A stretch of 64,000 nt of DNA from Burkholderiales bacterium (GCA_035548375.1 DASZTG010000021.1:66965-130964), one strand, 5' to 3'. Numbered from the stretch's first letter, positions 17,814 to 26,688 are shown. Numbers and translations are program-made. The notes: generated by a model from the sequence alone, not told the origin.

Positions 17814-19985
17814 GTGGAAGCACGAGTGGGAGAGCGCAAGACCTACCGCATCGGCATCGACGTCGGCGGCACATTCACCAAGGCAGTCCTGATCGACAAC
17901 GCCGGCTTCGACGTGGTCGGTCGCTATTCCGTCATGACCACGCACAGCGACTCGCGCGGGGTCGCCGCCGGCGTCGTCGAAGTCTTTCGAAACGTGCTGG
18001 AAAAATCGGCCGTCGATCCGGCCGACGTCGTGTTCCTCGCGCATTCGACGACCCAGGCGACCAATGCGCTGCTCGAGGGCGACGTCGCCGAAGTCGGCGT
18101 CGTCGGCATGGCGAGCCGCGTCGAATCCGTGCTCGCGCGGGGACAAAGCAACGTCAAGGAGATCGAGCTGGCACCTGGACGCTTCCTGCGCCCTGGCCAC
18201 CGGTTCATCACCACCGACAAGCTGGAAGAGGCGCTGGTGCGCGAAACGCTTTCGGCCTTGCGAGATGAAGGCGCGCATGTCGTCGTGGCGAGCAGCGCGT
18301 TCAGCGTGGATGACCAGAGCGCCGAAGAGCTTGTGATCCGCGTCGCAGGCGAACTCGGCCTCGCGGTGACCGGCGGCCACGAAATCACGAAACTCTACGG
18401 CCTGACCACGCGCACGCGCACCGCCGTCATCAACGCCAGCATCCTGCCGAAGATGATCGGCACCGCCAACATGACCGAGGAGGCCGTACGCGAGGCCGGC
18501 ATCGGCGCGCCGCTGATGATCATGCGCGGCGACGGCGGCGTCATGGACGTGCAGGAGATGCGCAAGCGGCCAGTGGTTACCATGCTGTCAGGCCCGGCCG
18601 CCAGCGTCGCCGGCGCGCTCATGTACCTGCGTGTTTCCGACGGCATCTACTTCGAGGTCGGCGGCACCAGCACGAACATCGGTGTCATCCGCAACGGCCG
18701 GCCCACGATCAAGCATGCGCGCGTCGGCGGCCACGATACCTATGTGAATTCCCTCGACGTGCGCGTCATCGGCATCGCCGGCGGCAGCATGGTCCGCGTG
18801 CGCGGCAACGACATCCACGACGTCGGTCCGCGCAGCGCCCACATTGCCGGCCTGCACTACGCCGCGTTTGCGAAGCCCGAGGACATCGTCGATCCGAAGA
18901 TCGAATTGTTCTGTCCCAAAGAGGGCGATCCCGATGACTACCTCGCGATCCGTTGCGCCAACGGCGAGCGCTATGCGCTCACCAACACCTGTGCCGCCAA
19001 CGTCCTCGGCTACGCGAGGCCGGGCTGGCATGCGCACGGCAACGCCGAATCCGCGCGGCTCGCATTCGCGCCGCTCGCGCAGCGCATCGGCACGACGGTG
19101 GAAGAGGCGGCGCGACGCGTCCTGCAAAAGGCCGCCGCCAAGGTCACCGGCGTCGTGGACGACCTGATCGCGGAATACAAGCTCGATCGCGACCAGGCTG
19201 TGCTGGTCGGCGAAGGCGGGGGGGCGGCCTCGCTGATTCCGTTCGTCGCCGAGACCATGAAGCTCGACTTCAAGATTTCGCAGGACGCCGAGGTGATCTC
19301 GTCGATCGGCGTTGCGCTCGCGCTCGTGCGCGAGACCGTGGAGCGCGTGATCCCGAATCCGTCGCCCGAGGACCTGCAGCGCATCAAGCGCGAAGCCTTC
19401 GACGCCGTGGTCAAGCTGGGTGCCGCGCCCGAGAACGTCGAAGTCACGATAGAAGTCGATCCGCAGACCCAGCGCGTGCGGGCAACGGCGATGGGCGCCT
19501 CGGAAATGCGCTCGCAGGACATGCGCAAGCAGGTCAGCGAGGAAGAAGCCGCAGGCATCGCCGCGACGTCGATGGGTCTCGCGCCCGACACCGTCAAGCT
19601 GGCGGCGGCGACGGACGACGTACGCGTCTTCCAGGCCGAGGTCCAGGAAAAGAAGTGGAAGATTTTCACGAAGAAGCGCATGCCGGTGCGGGCCGTCGAC
19701 CGCGAAGGCGTCATCCGTATCCAGCGCAGCGATGGCGTGGTCGCGCAGGCGAGCGCGTCTGACGGCTTGCAGCAGCTGCGTGCGTTGTGGGAATCCGTGA
19801 CCATCTACAACGGCGACAGCGTGATCGCGCCCGACATGTTCGTCGTCGCCGGCAGGCGCATCGTCGACTTGTCCGGCGTGACCGCGCTCGACCAGGCCAT
19901 TGCCATCAGCCGCGGCGAACTGGAAGGCTTGCCGCCCGAGGCGCCGGTCGTGCTGATCAGCGTGCAGGGCGCTCGCGGCATATGA
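17814..19985 (+). CDS. Hydantoinase/oxoprolinase (HyuA-like, ASKHA fold) family protein
   Basis: 723 aa. YRIGIDVGGTFTKAVLID and a second GGTSTNIG phosphate-binding motif are typical of hydantoinase A-type ATPases. The start abuts the permease stop. Confidence 0.8.
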   Translation: MEARVGERKTYRIGIDVGGTFTKAVLIDNAGFDVVGRYSVMTTHSDSRGVAAGVVEVFRNVLEKSAVDPADVVFLAHSTTQATNALLEGDVAEVGVVGMASRVESVLARGQSNVKEIELAPGRFLRPGHRFITTDKLEEALVRETLSALRDEGAHVVVASSAFSVDDQSAEELVIRVAGELGLAVTGGHEITKLYGLTTRTRTAVINASILPKMIGTANMTEEAVREAGIGAPLMIMRGDGGVMDVQEMRKRPVVTMLSGPAASVAGALMYLRVSDGIYFEVGGTSTNIGVIRNGRPTIKHARVGGHDTYVNSLDVRVIGIAGGSMVRVRGNDIHDVGPRSAHIAGLHYAAFAKPEDIVDPKIELFCPKEGDPDDYLAIRCANGERYALTNTCAANVLGYARPGWHAHGNAESARLAFAPLAQRIGTTVEEAARRVLQKAAAKVTGVVDDLIAEYKLDRDQAVLVGEGGGAASLIPFVAETMKLDFKISQDAEVISSIGVALALVRETVERVIPNPSPEDLQRIKREAFDAVVKLGAAPENVEVTIEVDPQTQRVRATAMGASEMRSQDMRKQVSEEEAAGIAATSMGLAPDTVKLAAATDDVRVFQAEVQEKKWKIFTKKRMPVRAVDREGVIRIQRSDGVVAQASASDGLQQLRALWESVTIYNGDSVIAPDMFVVAGRRIVDLSGVTALDQAIAISRGELEGLPPEAPVVLISVQGARGI

Positions 19986-20641
19986 ACCCGGACCCGCTGG
20001 CGCTTGGCTTGGGACAACTTCGCCAGGATCCGCAGTACCCGCGCATTCCCGTCGCCAGGCACACGCAGTTGGTCGAGGCTGCACTGGCGGACGGCCGCGT
20101 GCTCGCTGCCGAAGTTGCCGCGAACCATGGCAACGATCCCGAAGCGATTGCCGTGCAGTGCGCGATCCCGGTCGATCGCAGTGAGCGGGACGCGGGCTAC
20201 GGCAGCGTCGTCGTTCACGCCGAGTATGTGGAGAGACCGCCCCGGATCACGCTGTACGTTCGATCGATTGCCGCGCTGGCGCGTCGCAGCGTGGGGACGC
20301 AGACAGCCGTCGACCAGGCCGCGTTGGAACGCGTGTTCCTGGCTCACGAGCTCTACCATCATTTCGATTGCGCGCGCGGCGAGCATCGGCTCGCGCGCCG
20401 CCATCGCGTGGACATCGTCCGCATCGGCGCCTGGCGTTGGACGTCGGGCCTCGCCAGCCTCGCGGAAATCGCGGCCGGGTCTTTCGCGCGCGAATTGCTC
20501 GGATTGCCGTTTCATCCAGTCATTCTGGATTTCCTGTTGGTCCAAACCATGAACCACGGAGAACATTCTTTTTTATACCCCCTTGAGGGGTGCGGAGATT
20601 ACGGAGCAGAAAGAAGTGAAGGGCAAGGCAATGGATTTTGA
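19982..20641 (+). CDS. Hypothetical protein with HExxH motif (possible metallopeptidase-like fold)
   Basis: Its ATG overlaps the hydantoinase stop (ATGA). HELYH lies at 20345-20359. The last ~30 codons and the stop codon fall inside repeat copy B. Confidence 0.5.
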   Translation: MNPDPLALGLGQLRQDPQYPRIPVARHTQLVEAALADGRVLAAEVAANHGNDPEAIAVQCAIPVDRSERDAGYGSVVVHAEYVERPPRITLYVRSIAALARRSVGTQTAVDQAALERVFLAHELYHHFDCARGEHRLARRHRVDIVRIGAWRWTSGLASLAEIAAGSFARELLGLPFHPVILDFLLVQTMNHGEHSFLYPLEGCGDYGAERSEGQGNGF

Positions 20642-20737
20642 GTTCATCTGGCGGGACGAGACATGCGGAGACCCTGATGGGGCCGCGTCCCGACTATCCA
20701 TTGCTTTTCTCCGTGATCTCCGTGCCCTCCGTGGTTC
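20551..20737. repeat. Composite inverted-repeat intergenic element, copy B (CGGAG type, with 28-nt module)
   Basis: GAACCACGGAG (20551-20561) is the reverse complement of CTCCGTGGTTC (20727-20737). The module ATTCTTTTTTATACCCCCTTGAGGGGTG lies at 20565-20592. Confidence 0.75.
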
Positions 20738-20755
20738 AAGATCGAGACGAATCAA

Positions 20756-21859
20756 ATGAAATTCAAAGCCGCCGTGCTGAACAAGGTCAACGAGCCGATG
20801 ACCCTGGACACGCTGGACATGGCGCCGCTCGCGCCGTCCGACGTGCTCGTGAAGGTCAAGGCCAGCGGCCTGTGCCACACCGACCTCGAGGTGATCCAGG
20901 GTTCGCTGGCTTATCCGCTGCCGATCGTGCTGGGCCACGAAGGTGCGGGCATCGTCGAAGCCGTCGGCAGCGAGGTCACGCAGGTCAAGCCCGGCGACCA
21001 CGTCATCTGCTCGTGGAACCCGCACTGCGGCCACTGTTTCTATTGCGAGCGTGACCTGCCTATCCTGTGCGAGCCGTTCGCGCGCAACCAGCCGAAGGGT
21101 TTCCTGCTCGATGGGCGCTCGCGCATGAAACGCGATGGACAGCAGGTGCACCACTATTCCGTCACCTCTACGCATGCCGAATACACGGTCATCCCCGAGT
21201 CCGGCGCGATTGCCGTGCCTCGCGAGTTGCCGTTCGACCTTGCTTGCATCATCGGCTGCGGCGTCATGACCGGCGTGGGCGCCGTCGTGCGCAAGGCGAA
21301 GGTCGAAGCCGGGGCCAGCGTGGCGGTCATCGGCTGCGGCGCGGTGGGGCTGAACGCCGTCCAGGGCGCCAAGCTCGTCGGCGCCGGCAAAATCATCGCG
21401 GTGGATGTCAGCAAGGACAGGCTGGCTCGCGCGGTCACGTTCGGCGCGACGCATACCGTCGATGCGTCGGCGGCGGACGCCGTGGAGCAGGTCAAGGCGC
21501 TGACCGGCGGCAGGGGGGCGGATTACGTCATCGAGGCGGCGGGCAACAAGAACGCTTTCCGGATGACCGTGGAGGCCGTGCGGCCCGGCGGGCAGGTGGT
21601 GTGGATGGGCAAGATCAATGTGAACGAGGATGTGAGCTTTCGCTGGGGCGCGCTGATGGGCGAAAAGCGCATCGTGCGCTCCAGTTACGGCGAGGCGCGG
21701 CCGCGTCGGGATTTTCCGTGGATCGCGAACGAGTACCTGCAAGGCCGGCTCAAGCTCGACGAGCTCGTCACGAACCGCATCAAGCTGGAGCAAATCAACG
21801 ACGGCTTCGCTGCCCTTGCGCGCGGCGAGGGCATTCGTACCGTCGTCATGTTCGACTAA
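20756..21859 (+). CDS. Zn-dependent alcohol dehydrogenase family oxidoreductase
   Basis: 367 aa. Motifs GLCHTDLEV, GHEGAGIVEAVG and GCGAVGL (Rossmann) are present. Confidence 0.9.
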   Translation: MKFKAAVLNKVNEPMTLDTLDMAPLAPSDVLVKVKASGLCHTDLEVIQGSLAYPLPIVLGHEGAGIVEAVGSEVTQVKPGDHVICSWNPHCGHCFYCERDLPILCEPFARNQPKGFLLDGRSRMKRDGQQVHHYSVTSTHAEYTVIPESGAIAVPRELPFDLACIIGCGVMTGVGAVVRKAKVEAGASVAVIGCGAVGLNAVQGAKLVGAGKIIAVDVSKDRLARAVTFGATHTVDASAADAVEQVKALTGGRGADYVIEAAGNKNAFRMTVEAVRPGGQVVWMGKINVNEDVSFRWGALMGEKRIVRSSYGEARPRRDFPWIANEYLQGRLKLDELVTNRIKLEQINDGFAALARGEGIRTVVMFD

Positions 21860-21872
21860 GGCCTCGTCCCTC

Positions 21873-22047
21873 CATCCAACGCAAAGGCGCAAAGGACGCA
21901 AAGAACGCAAAAGTAACGAAAGAAAAAGAGCATGAGCGTGCGAATCGACGGTGATAAGGATCTCCCGCCGCTGGAGAATCGACATCTACCCCGTGCATTC
22001 CTTGCTTTTGCTTTTCTTCGCGTCCTTTGCGCCTTTGCGTTGGGTAT
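21873..22047. repeat. Composite inverted-repeat intergenic element, copy C (CAAAG type)
   Basis: The first 15 nt of CCAACGCAAAGGCGCAAAGGACGC occupy 21876-21890. Their perfect complement is 22029-22043, and complementarity runs to 24 nt in all. Confidence 0.8.
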
Positions 22048-22053
22048 AGACAG

Positions 22054-23103
22054 ATGAATAGATTCAACCACCCGCCCCTGGCAGCAGGCCACATCGACTC
22101 GGAGCACCGCTTCGAGGACATGGGCGACATCGAACTGGAGTCCGGCGAAATCCTGCAGGGCTATCGCCAGTCCTATGTCACGCACGGCAAGTTGAATCGC
22201 GACAAGTCGAACGCCATCCTCCTTTGCATCTCGCTGACCGGAAACCATCACCGGCTGGATTTCCTGATCGGACCGGGCAAGGCACTGGATCCGTCGCGTT
22301 ACTTCATCATTGCCGCCGATCCGATCTCGAACGGGCTCTCGTCGTCCCCCTCCAACAGCGGGCGGCAGCCGGGCATGCGCTTTCCGCAATTCACCATTCG
22401 CGACATGGTGGAATTGCAATACCGCCTGCTGACGCGCCGCTTCGGCATTCCGCGCCTGCATGCGGTGGTCGGCGCTTCCATGGGCGGCATGCAGGCCCTG
22501 CAATGGGCAGTGAGCCACCGTTCATACGCGCGTGCATGCGTGGCGATGACACCGATGGCGAAGACTTCCCCCTGGGCCGTGCTGGTGACGCAGACTGCAA
22601 GGTCCTGTTTGATGGCTGACGCAAACTGGACGAGCGAGGGCTTTCGCGCGCCGCCCGAACGCGGGTGGCGCGCTTATACGGGGCTCATGACAGCGCTGTT
22701 GAGCCGCACACCCGCGGCCCTGGCGGAATTCCTGCCGGACAGCGCCGCGGCACATTTGTGGTTCGAGAAAATTCACGCGCAGAATCGCGCCAACGGATTC
22801 GATGCACACGACTATCTCTACCAATCCTGGGCATACGAAGCGCACGACGTCGGCATGAGTCCCGGCTTCAACGGTGATACCGCCGCGGCGCTGGCGTCGA
22901 TCGATGCCCGGACGCTGGTGCTGGCTCCCCCGCTCGACCTGTTCAATCCCGCGGAGGCCGCACGCGATGCCGCCGCAAAGATCCCCGGCGCGCAATTCGT
23001 GGAGATCCCGTCGGCTCAGGGCCACCAGGCGGCGACCAGCACCAAACCGGAGGATGCGGCTTTCCTGAACCGCGCGATCGGAGAATTCCTTTCGCGCGGG
23101 TGA
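22054..23103 (+). CDS. Homoserine O-acetyltransferase (MetX)-family alpha/beta hydrolase
   Basis: Motifs NAILLCISLTGNHH and GASMGGMQALQWA (GxSxG) are present at a MetX-like length. The start is taken at ATG 22054, because the ORF-track start 22027 lies inside repeat C. Confidence 0.8.
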   Translation: MNRFNHPPLAAGHIDSEHRFEDMGDIELESGEILQGYRQSYVTHGKLNRDKSNAILLCISLTGNHHRLDFLIGPGKALDPSRYFIIAADPISNGLSSSPSNSGRQPGMRFPQFTIRDMVELQYRLLTRRFGIPRLHAVVGASMGGMQALQWAVSHRSYARACVAMTPMAKTSPWAVLVTQTARSCLMADANWTSEGFRAPPERGWRAYTGLMTALLSRTPAALAEFLPDSAAAHLWFEKIHAQNRANGFDAHDYLYQSWAYEAHDVGMSPGFNGDTAAALASIDARTLVLAPPLDLFNPAEAARDAAAKIPGAQFVEIPSAQGHQAATSTKPEDAAFLNRAIGEFLSRG

Positions 23104-23180
23104 GGCGAGAGGGGTGAGGCGTGAGGGGAAAGCTATAATTCACGCCTAACGCCTTTTTCCTCACCCCTCACTCCTCACCG
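23103..23180. repeat. Miniature imperfect hairpin element, copy D (GTGAGG type)
   Basis: GGTGAGGCGTGAGGGGAAAG opposes CTTTTTCCTCACCCCTCACTCCTCACC. The loop contains TATAAT (23134-23139) and ATTCAC. It lies directly after the MetX-like stop codon. Confidence 0.45.
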
Positions 23181-23196
23181 TTCCGAAGGAACCCCA

Positions 23197-23532
23197 ATGA
23201 TCGTCGACCATCGCACCTACAACGTCAAAATCGGCAAGCTCGGCGAATTTCTCAAGCTCTACGAGGCCGAATGCCTGCCGTTGCAACTGAAGCACCTCGG
23301 CCACTGCGTCGGCTGGTATGTCTCCAACGAGATCGGCCCGCTGTCGCAAGTGGTGCACATGTGGGCCTACCAGGACCTTGCCGACCGCGATGCGCGGCGC
23401 GCGAAAATGGCCGCCGAGCCCGGCTTTGCAAAATACCTCGAGAAGGCGGGGCCGCTGCTGGCCAGCATGGAGAACAAGATCCTGAAGCCGGCACCCTTCT
23501 TCAAGGCGCCCGAGCTCAAGGGGCAAGCCTGA
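23197..23532 (+). CDS. NIPSNAP family protein
   Basis: 111 aa. MIVDHRTYNVKIGKLGEFLKLYE...VVHMWAYQDLADRDARR shows the typical NIPSNAP pattern. Confidence 0.8.
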   Translation: MIVDHRTYNVKIGKLGEFLKLYEAECLPLQLKHLGHCVGWYVSNEIGPLSQVVHMWAYQDLADRDARRAKMAAEPGFAKYLEKAGPLLASMENKILKPAPFFKAPELKGQA

Positions 23533-23588
23533 GCGTCGAAGTCCGGCGGTTCGACGCCGCGGCCGACGCGGAATGGTCGGCGCGCACC

Positions 23589-24002
23589 ATGGCATCGTCG
23601 GAGCCCTGGCTCACGCTGGGTACCGGTTACGAACGCAGCCTGAAGTTGCTAAACAGCGAAACCCGCGAGCGCTATCTGGCGAAGGTAGCGGGTGAGCCCG
23701 CCGGCTTCCTCGTCGTCAGCATGCAGGGCGCATTCGTCGGCTACATCCAGTTGCTCGGCGTCGCAGAAAAATTTCGCGGCCAGGGCGTGGGCAGGGCGCT
23801 CATTGAGTACGCGGAGCAGCGGATATTCCGCGACACGCCAAACGTGTTCATCTGCGTTTCCGATTTCAACCGTGTTGCCCGTGCCTTCTATGCCCGAATG
23901 GGCTACCAGTCCGTTGGCGAGCTGAAGGACTTCATCGTTGCCGGCCACTCGGAGATCTTGTTGCGCAAGACCATCGGCCCGATCCGCGGCAAGAAAGACT
24001 GA
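23589..24002 (+). CDS. GNAT-family N-acetyltransferase (start uncertain)
   Basis: The acetyl-CoA site is VAEKFRGQGVGRALIEYAE, with ARAFYARMGY downstream. The reading frame stays GNAT-like upstream of ATG 23589 (VEVRRFDAAADAEW), but only a CTG (23529) is available there. Confidence 0.7.
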   Translation: MASSEPWLTLGTGYERSLKLLNSETRERYLAKVAGEPAGFLVVSMQGAFVGYIQLLGVAEKFRGQGVGRALIEYAEQRIFRDTPNVFICVSDFNRVARAFYARMGYQSVGELKDFIVAGHSEILLRKTIGPIRGKKD

Positions 24003-24012
24003 AAGGGCGCTC

Positions 24013-24231
24013 ATGAAGCGCGCCTGCACGAGGTTCGCAATTTTCGTGGCGATCGCAGGCCTCGCGGCAGGTTGCACCAGCCGGCAGATCTACCAGTCCG
24101 CCGCAGGCTGGCGGCAGAACGAATGCCAGAAAATCCTGGAAAGCGCCGACCGCGCGCAATGCATGGATTCGGCCAACAAGGACTACGACACCTATAGCAA
24201 GGAAAGAGGCGTCAACCCGTCGGGCAAATAA
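24013..24231 (+). CDS. Small lipoprotein, unknown function
   Basis: 72 aa with lipobox AGLAAGC. ATG 24013 lies 11 nt after the GNAT stop. Confidence 0.55.
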   Translation: MKRACTRFAIFVAIAGLAAGCTSRQIYQSAAGWRQNECQKILESADRAQCMDSANKDYDTYSKERGVNPSGK

Positions 24232-24276
24232 TGCCACGTCATTTGCGGCGGCCGAAAGTCCGGCGATAATCCCGCC

Positions 24277-25521
24277 ATGAATAAACTTCTCCCGGCAATT
24301 TCAATTTGCCTGCTCGCCGGCGGCTGCCAGACCTTCGACAAGACCCTGGACTCTGCGGATCGCGCGGTCGCCGCCGCGAAATCCCCGTCGGCGAAGACCA
24401 TCACCGACATCGCGAAATCCGACGACCGCGAAGCGGTGATCCGGGAAGGGTTGAAGCGCCGCGCCGACCTCTACGAACGCGATCCGCAAGCCGCTATCAA
24501 CGACCTGAAGGGCCTGCGGCGCGAGTACGACAACCTCGTGGCCATCCTGACGGGCAACGTGAACCGCAACTGGGGCAAGAAGGAGACGAAGCTTCCCGCC
24601 CGGACCAGCTACGTCAAGTACACGCAGAATTATCGCAGCCGCGCGATCGTCGATTTCGATGCCGGGAACATCACGGTCGAGACGGTGGACGACAAGGATC
24701 CGAAGGCGAGCCTCAGGAACGCGATCGTCACCACGCTGCTGACGCCGGACGATCCGCGCGCGGTCGATCTGTTCTCCGACAAGCAGGTGACGCTCAGCAG
24801 CGCAAAGGATCCCTATCTGCTCGGCCTGGTCCAGGACCAGCACGGCAAGCCGGTGTCCACGCCTGCGCAGGCCGAAGCGTTTGCCGACTATCTGCTCGAC
24901 AAGCAGGCCGCGAAGCGCAAGGTCGAGGTGCAGGAGGGCGCGAAGGATGCGCTGTTCGTCAGTATCGCGATGGTGGCGAACTTCCAGAACAAGCAGGCGG
25001 AAAAATATCGCGACGTCGTCAATAAATACGCCGCGCAATACAAGGTCAGCCCCAGCCTCGTCTTCGCGGTCATCCGCACGGAAAGCAATTTCAATCCGTT
25101 CGCGGTGAGCAGCGCACCGGCGTACGGCATGATGCAGCTGGTCCCTTCCAGCGGCGGTCGCGAGGCTTTCCGCGCCGCGAAGGGCCGCGACGAAGCGCCG
25201 ACCAAGGAATACCTGTTCGACGCCGGCAACAACATCGAGCTGGGCACGGCCTATCTGGGCGTGCTGGGATCGAAGCAGCTCGACTACGTCACCAATACGA
25301 CCTCGCGCGAGTATTGCGTCATCTCGGCCTACAACACCGGTCCATCCAATGTCCTGAAGGCGTTTTCGAAGGACAAGGTGGCGGCGGTCAACAGCATCAA
25401 CGGCCTCGAGCCGCCCGGCGTCTACGAGAAGCTGCGCACGAACCTGCCCTACGAGGAGACCCGGCAGTATCTCGTCAAGGTCACGGGCTACCGCAAGCAA
25501 TTCCTGAGCTTTGGTAAATAG
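24277..25521 (+). CDS. mltC: Membrane-bound lytic murein transglycosylase (MltC-like lipoprotein)
   Basis: 414 aa. Lipobox LLAGGC. The SLT catalytic region is VFAVIRTESNFNPFAVSSAPAYGMMQLVP. Confidence 0.85.
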   Translation: MNKLLPAISICLLAGGCQTFDKTLDSADRAVAAAKSPSAKTITDIAKSDDREAVIREGLKRRADLYERDPQAAINDLKGLRREYDNLVAILTGNVNRNWGKKETKLPARTSYVKYTQNYRSRAIVDFDAGNITVETVDDKDPKASLRNAIVTTLLTPDDPRAVDLFSDKQVTLSSAKDPYLLGLVQDQHGKPVSTPAQAEAFADYLLDKQAAKRKVEVQEGAKDALFVSIAMVANFQNKQAEKYRDVVNKYAAQYKVSPSLVFAVIRTESNFNPFAVSSAPAYGMMQLVPSSGGREAFRAAKGRDEAPTKEYLFDAGNNIELGTAYLGVLGSKQLDYVTNTTSREYCVISAYNTGPSNVLKAFSKDKVAAVNSINGLEPPGVYEKLRTNLPYEETRQYLVKVTGYRKQFLSFGK

Positions 25522-25686
25522 CAGCTTCGGCAAGAAGCGGCTCCTGCAATTGGCGCGGGTTCGCTTGCCTCGGCGGTTGACCTTGGCATATCGTGTGCGG
25601 CACCGGAAGCCTGGAGGGAGCATCCGATCGCTTCATCGCGCACCATCGAGCATCGCAAGGCGGCCAGTCGCGCCGGCCTGAACTAT

Positions 25687-26688
25687 GTGACCGACGGCAT
25701 CGCCGGCATCACCCGCCGGCGCGCCGGCAAGGGCTGGATATTTTTCGAGCCGGGCGGCGCGCGCATTAGCGATGCCGCCGAGCGCCGGCGCATCAATTCG
25801 CTGGTCATCCCGCCCGCCTGGACCGACGTGTGGATCAGCCCCGACCCGAAGGGCCACATCCAGGCCACGGCCCGCGATGCGCGCGGGCGCAAGCAGTATC
25901 GCTATCACGCGCGCTATCGCGATGCGCGCGACCAGTCTAAGTTCCGCCACATGCTCGAGCTGAGCGAAGTGCTGCCGGCCATTCGCGGCCGCGCCGAGCG
26001 CGACCTGCGCGCACCCGAGTTGAGCCGGCGGCAAATCCTCGCCACCGTGGTGCAGCTGCTCGACAAGACATTGATACGCGTGGGCAACGACGAGTACGCG
26101 CGCGAGAATCGTTCCTATGGCCTGACCACGCTGCGCATGAAGCACGTCGAGATCAACGGTTCCAGGCTCGACTTCAGCTTTCGCGGAAAAAGCGGCGTGC
26201 AGCATGCCATTTCGGTGACGGACAAGCGCATCGCGAACATCGTGCAGCGCTGCCAGGACCTACCGGGCCAGGAACTGTTCCAGTATCTCGACGGCAACCG
26301 CAGGCGGCAGACCGTGACTTCCGACGACGTCAACGGTTATTTGCGCGAAATTTCCGGGCGCAACATCACCGCGAAGGATTTCCGCACCTGGGGCGGCACC
26401 ATGCTCGCCGGCGTGGAATTGCGCGCGATGGGCGTGGCCACGACGCAGCGCGACGCCAAGCGCAACGTGATCCGCGCGATCGACGCGGTGGCGGAGCGCC
26501 TCGGCAACACGCGTTCCGTTTGCCGCAAATACTACGTGCATCCCGCGCTGCTGCACGCCTATATGCAGGGGCTGGTGCCGGGCGCGTCGGTGACGGAAAA
26601 ACCGCAGAACAACCGCCGCCGGCGGCCGATGCCCGCGCTGCGCCGCGACGAAGTGGCGATCCTGCAATTCCTGGAAGAGGTGTTGTAG
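25687..26688 (+). CDS. Type IB DNA topoisomerase (poxvirus-like bacterial TopIB)
   Basis: 333 aa. Motifs IPPAWTDVWISPDPKGHIQATARDARGRKQYRYH, FRGKSG and the C-terminal active-site context SVCRKYYVHP are present. GTG is the only canonical start in this frame. Confidence 0.85.
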   Translation: MTDGIAGITRRRAGKGWIFFEPGGARISDAAERRRINSLVIPPAWTDVWISPDPKGHIQATARDARGRKQYRYHARYRDARDQSKFRHMLELSEVLPAIRGRAERDLRAPELSRRQILATVVQLLDKTLIRVGNDEYARENRSYGLTTLRMKHVEINGSRLDFSFRGKSGVQHAISVTDKRIANIVQRCQDLPGQELFQYLDGNRRRQTVTSDDVNGYLREISGRNITAKDFRTWGGTMLAGVELRAMGVATTQRDAKRNVIRAIDAVAERLGNTRSVCRKYYVHPALLHAYMQGLVPGASVTEKPQNNRRRRPMPALRRDEVAILQFLEEVL

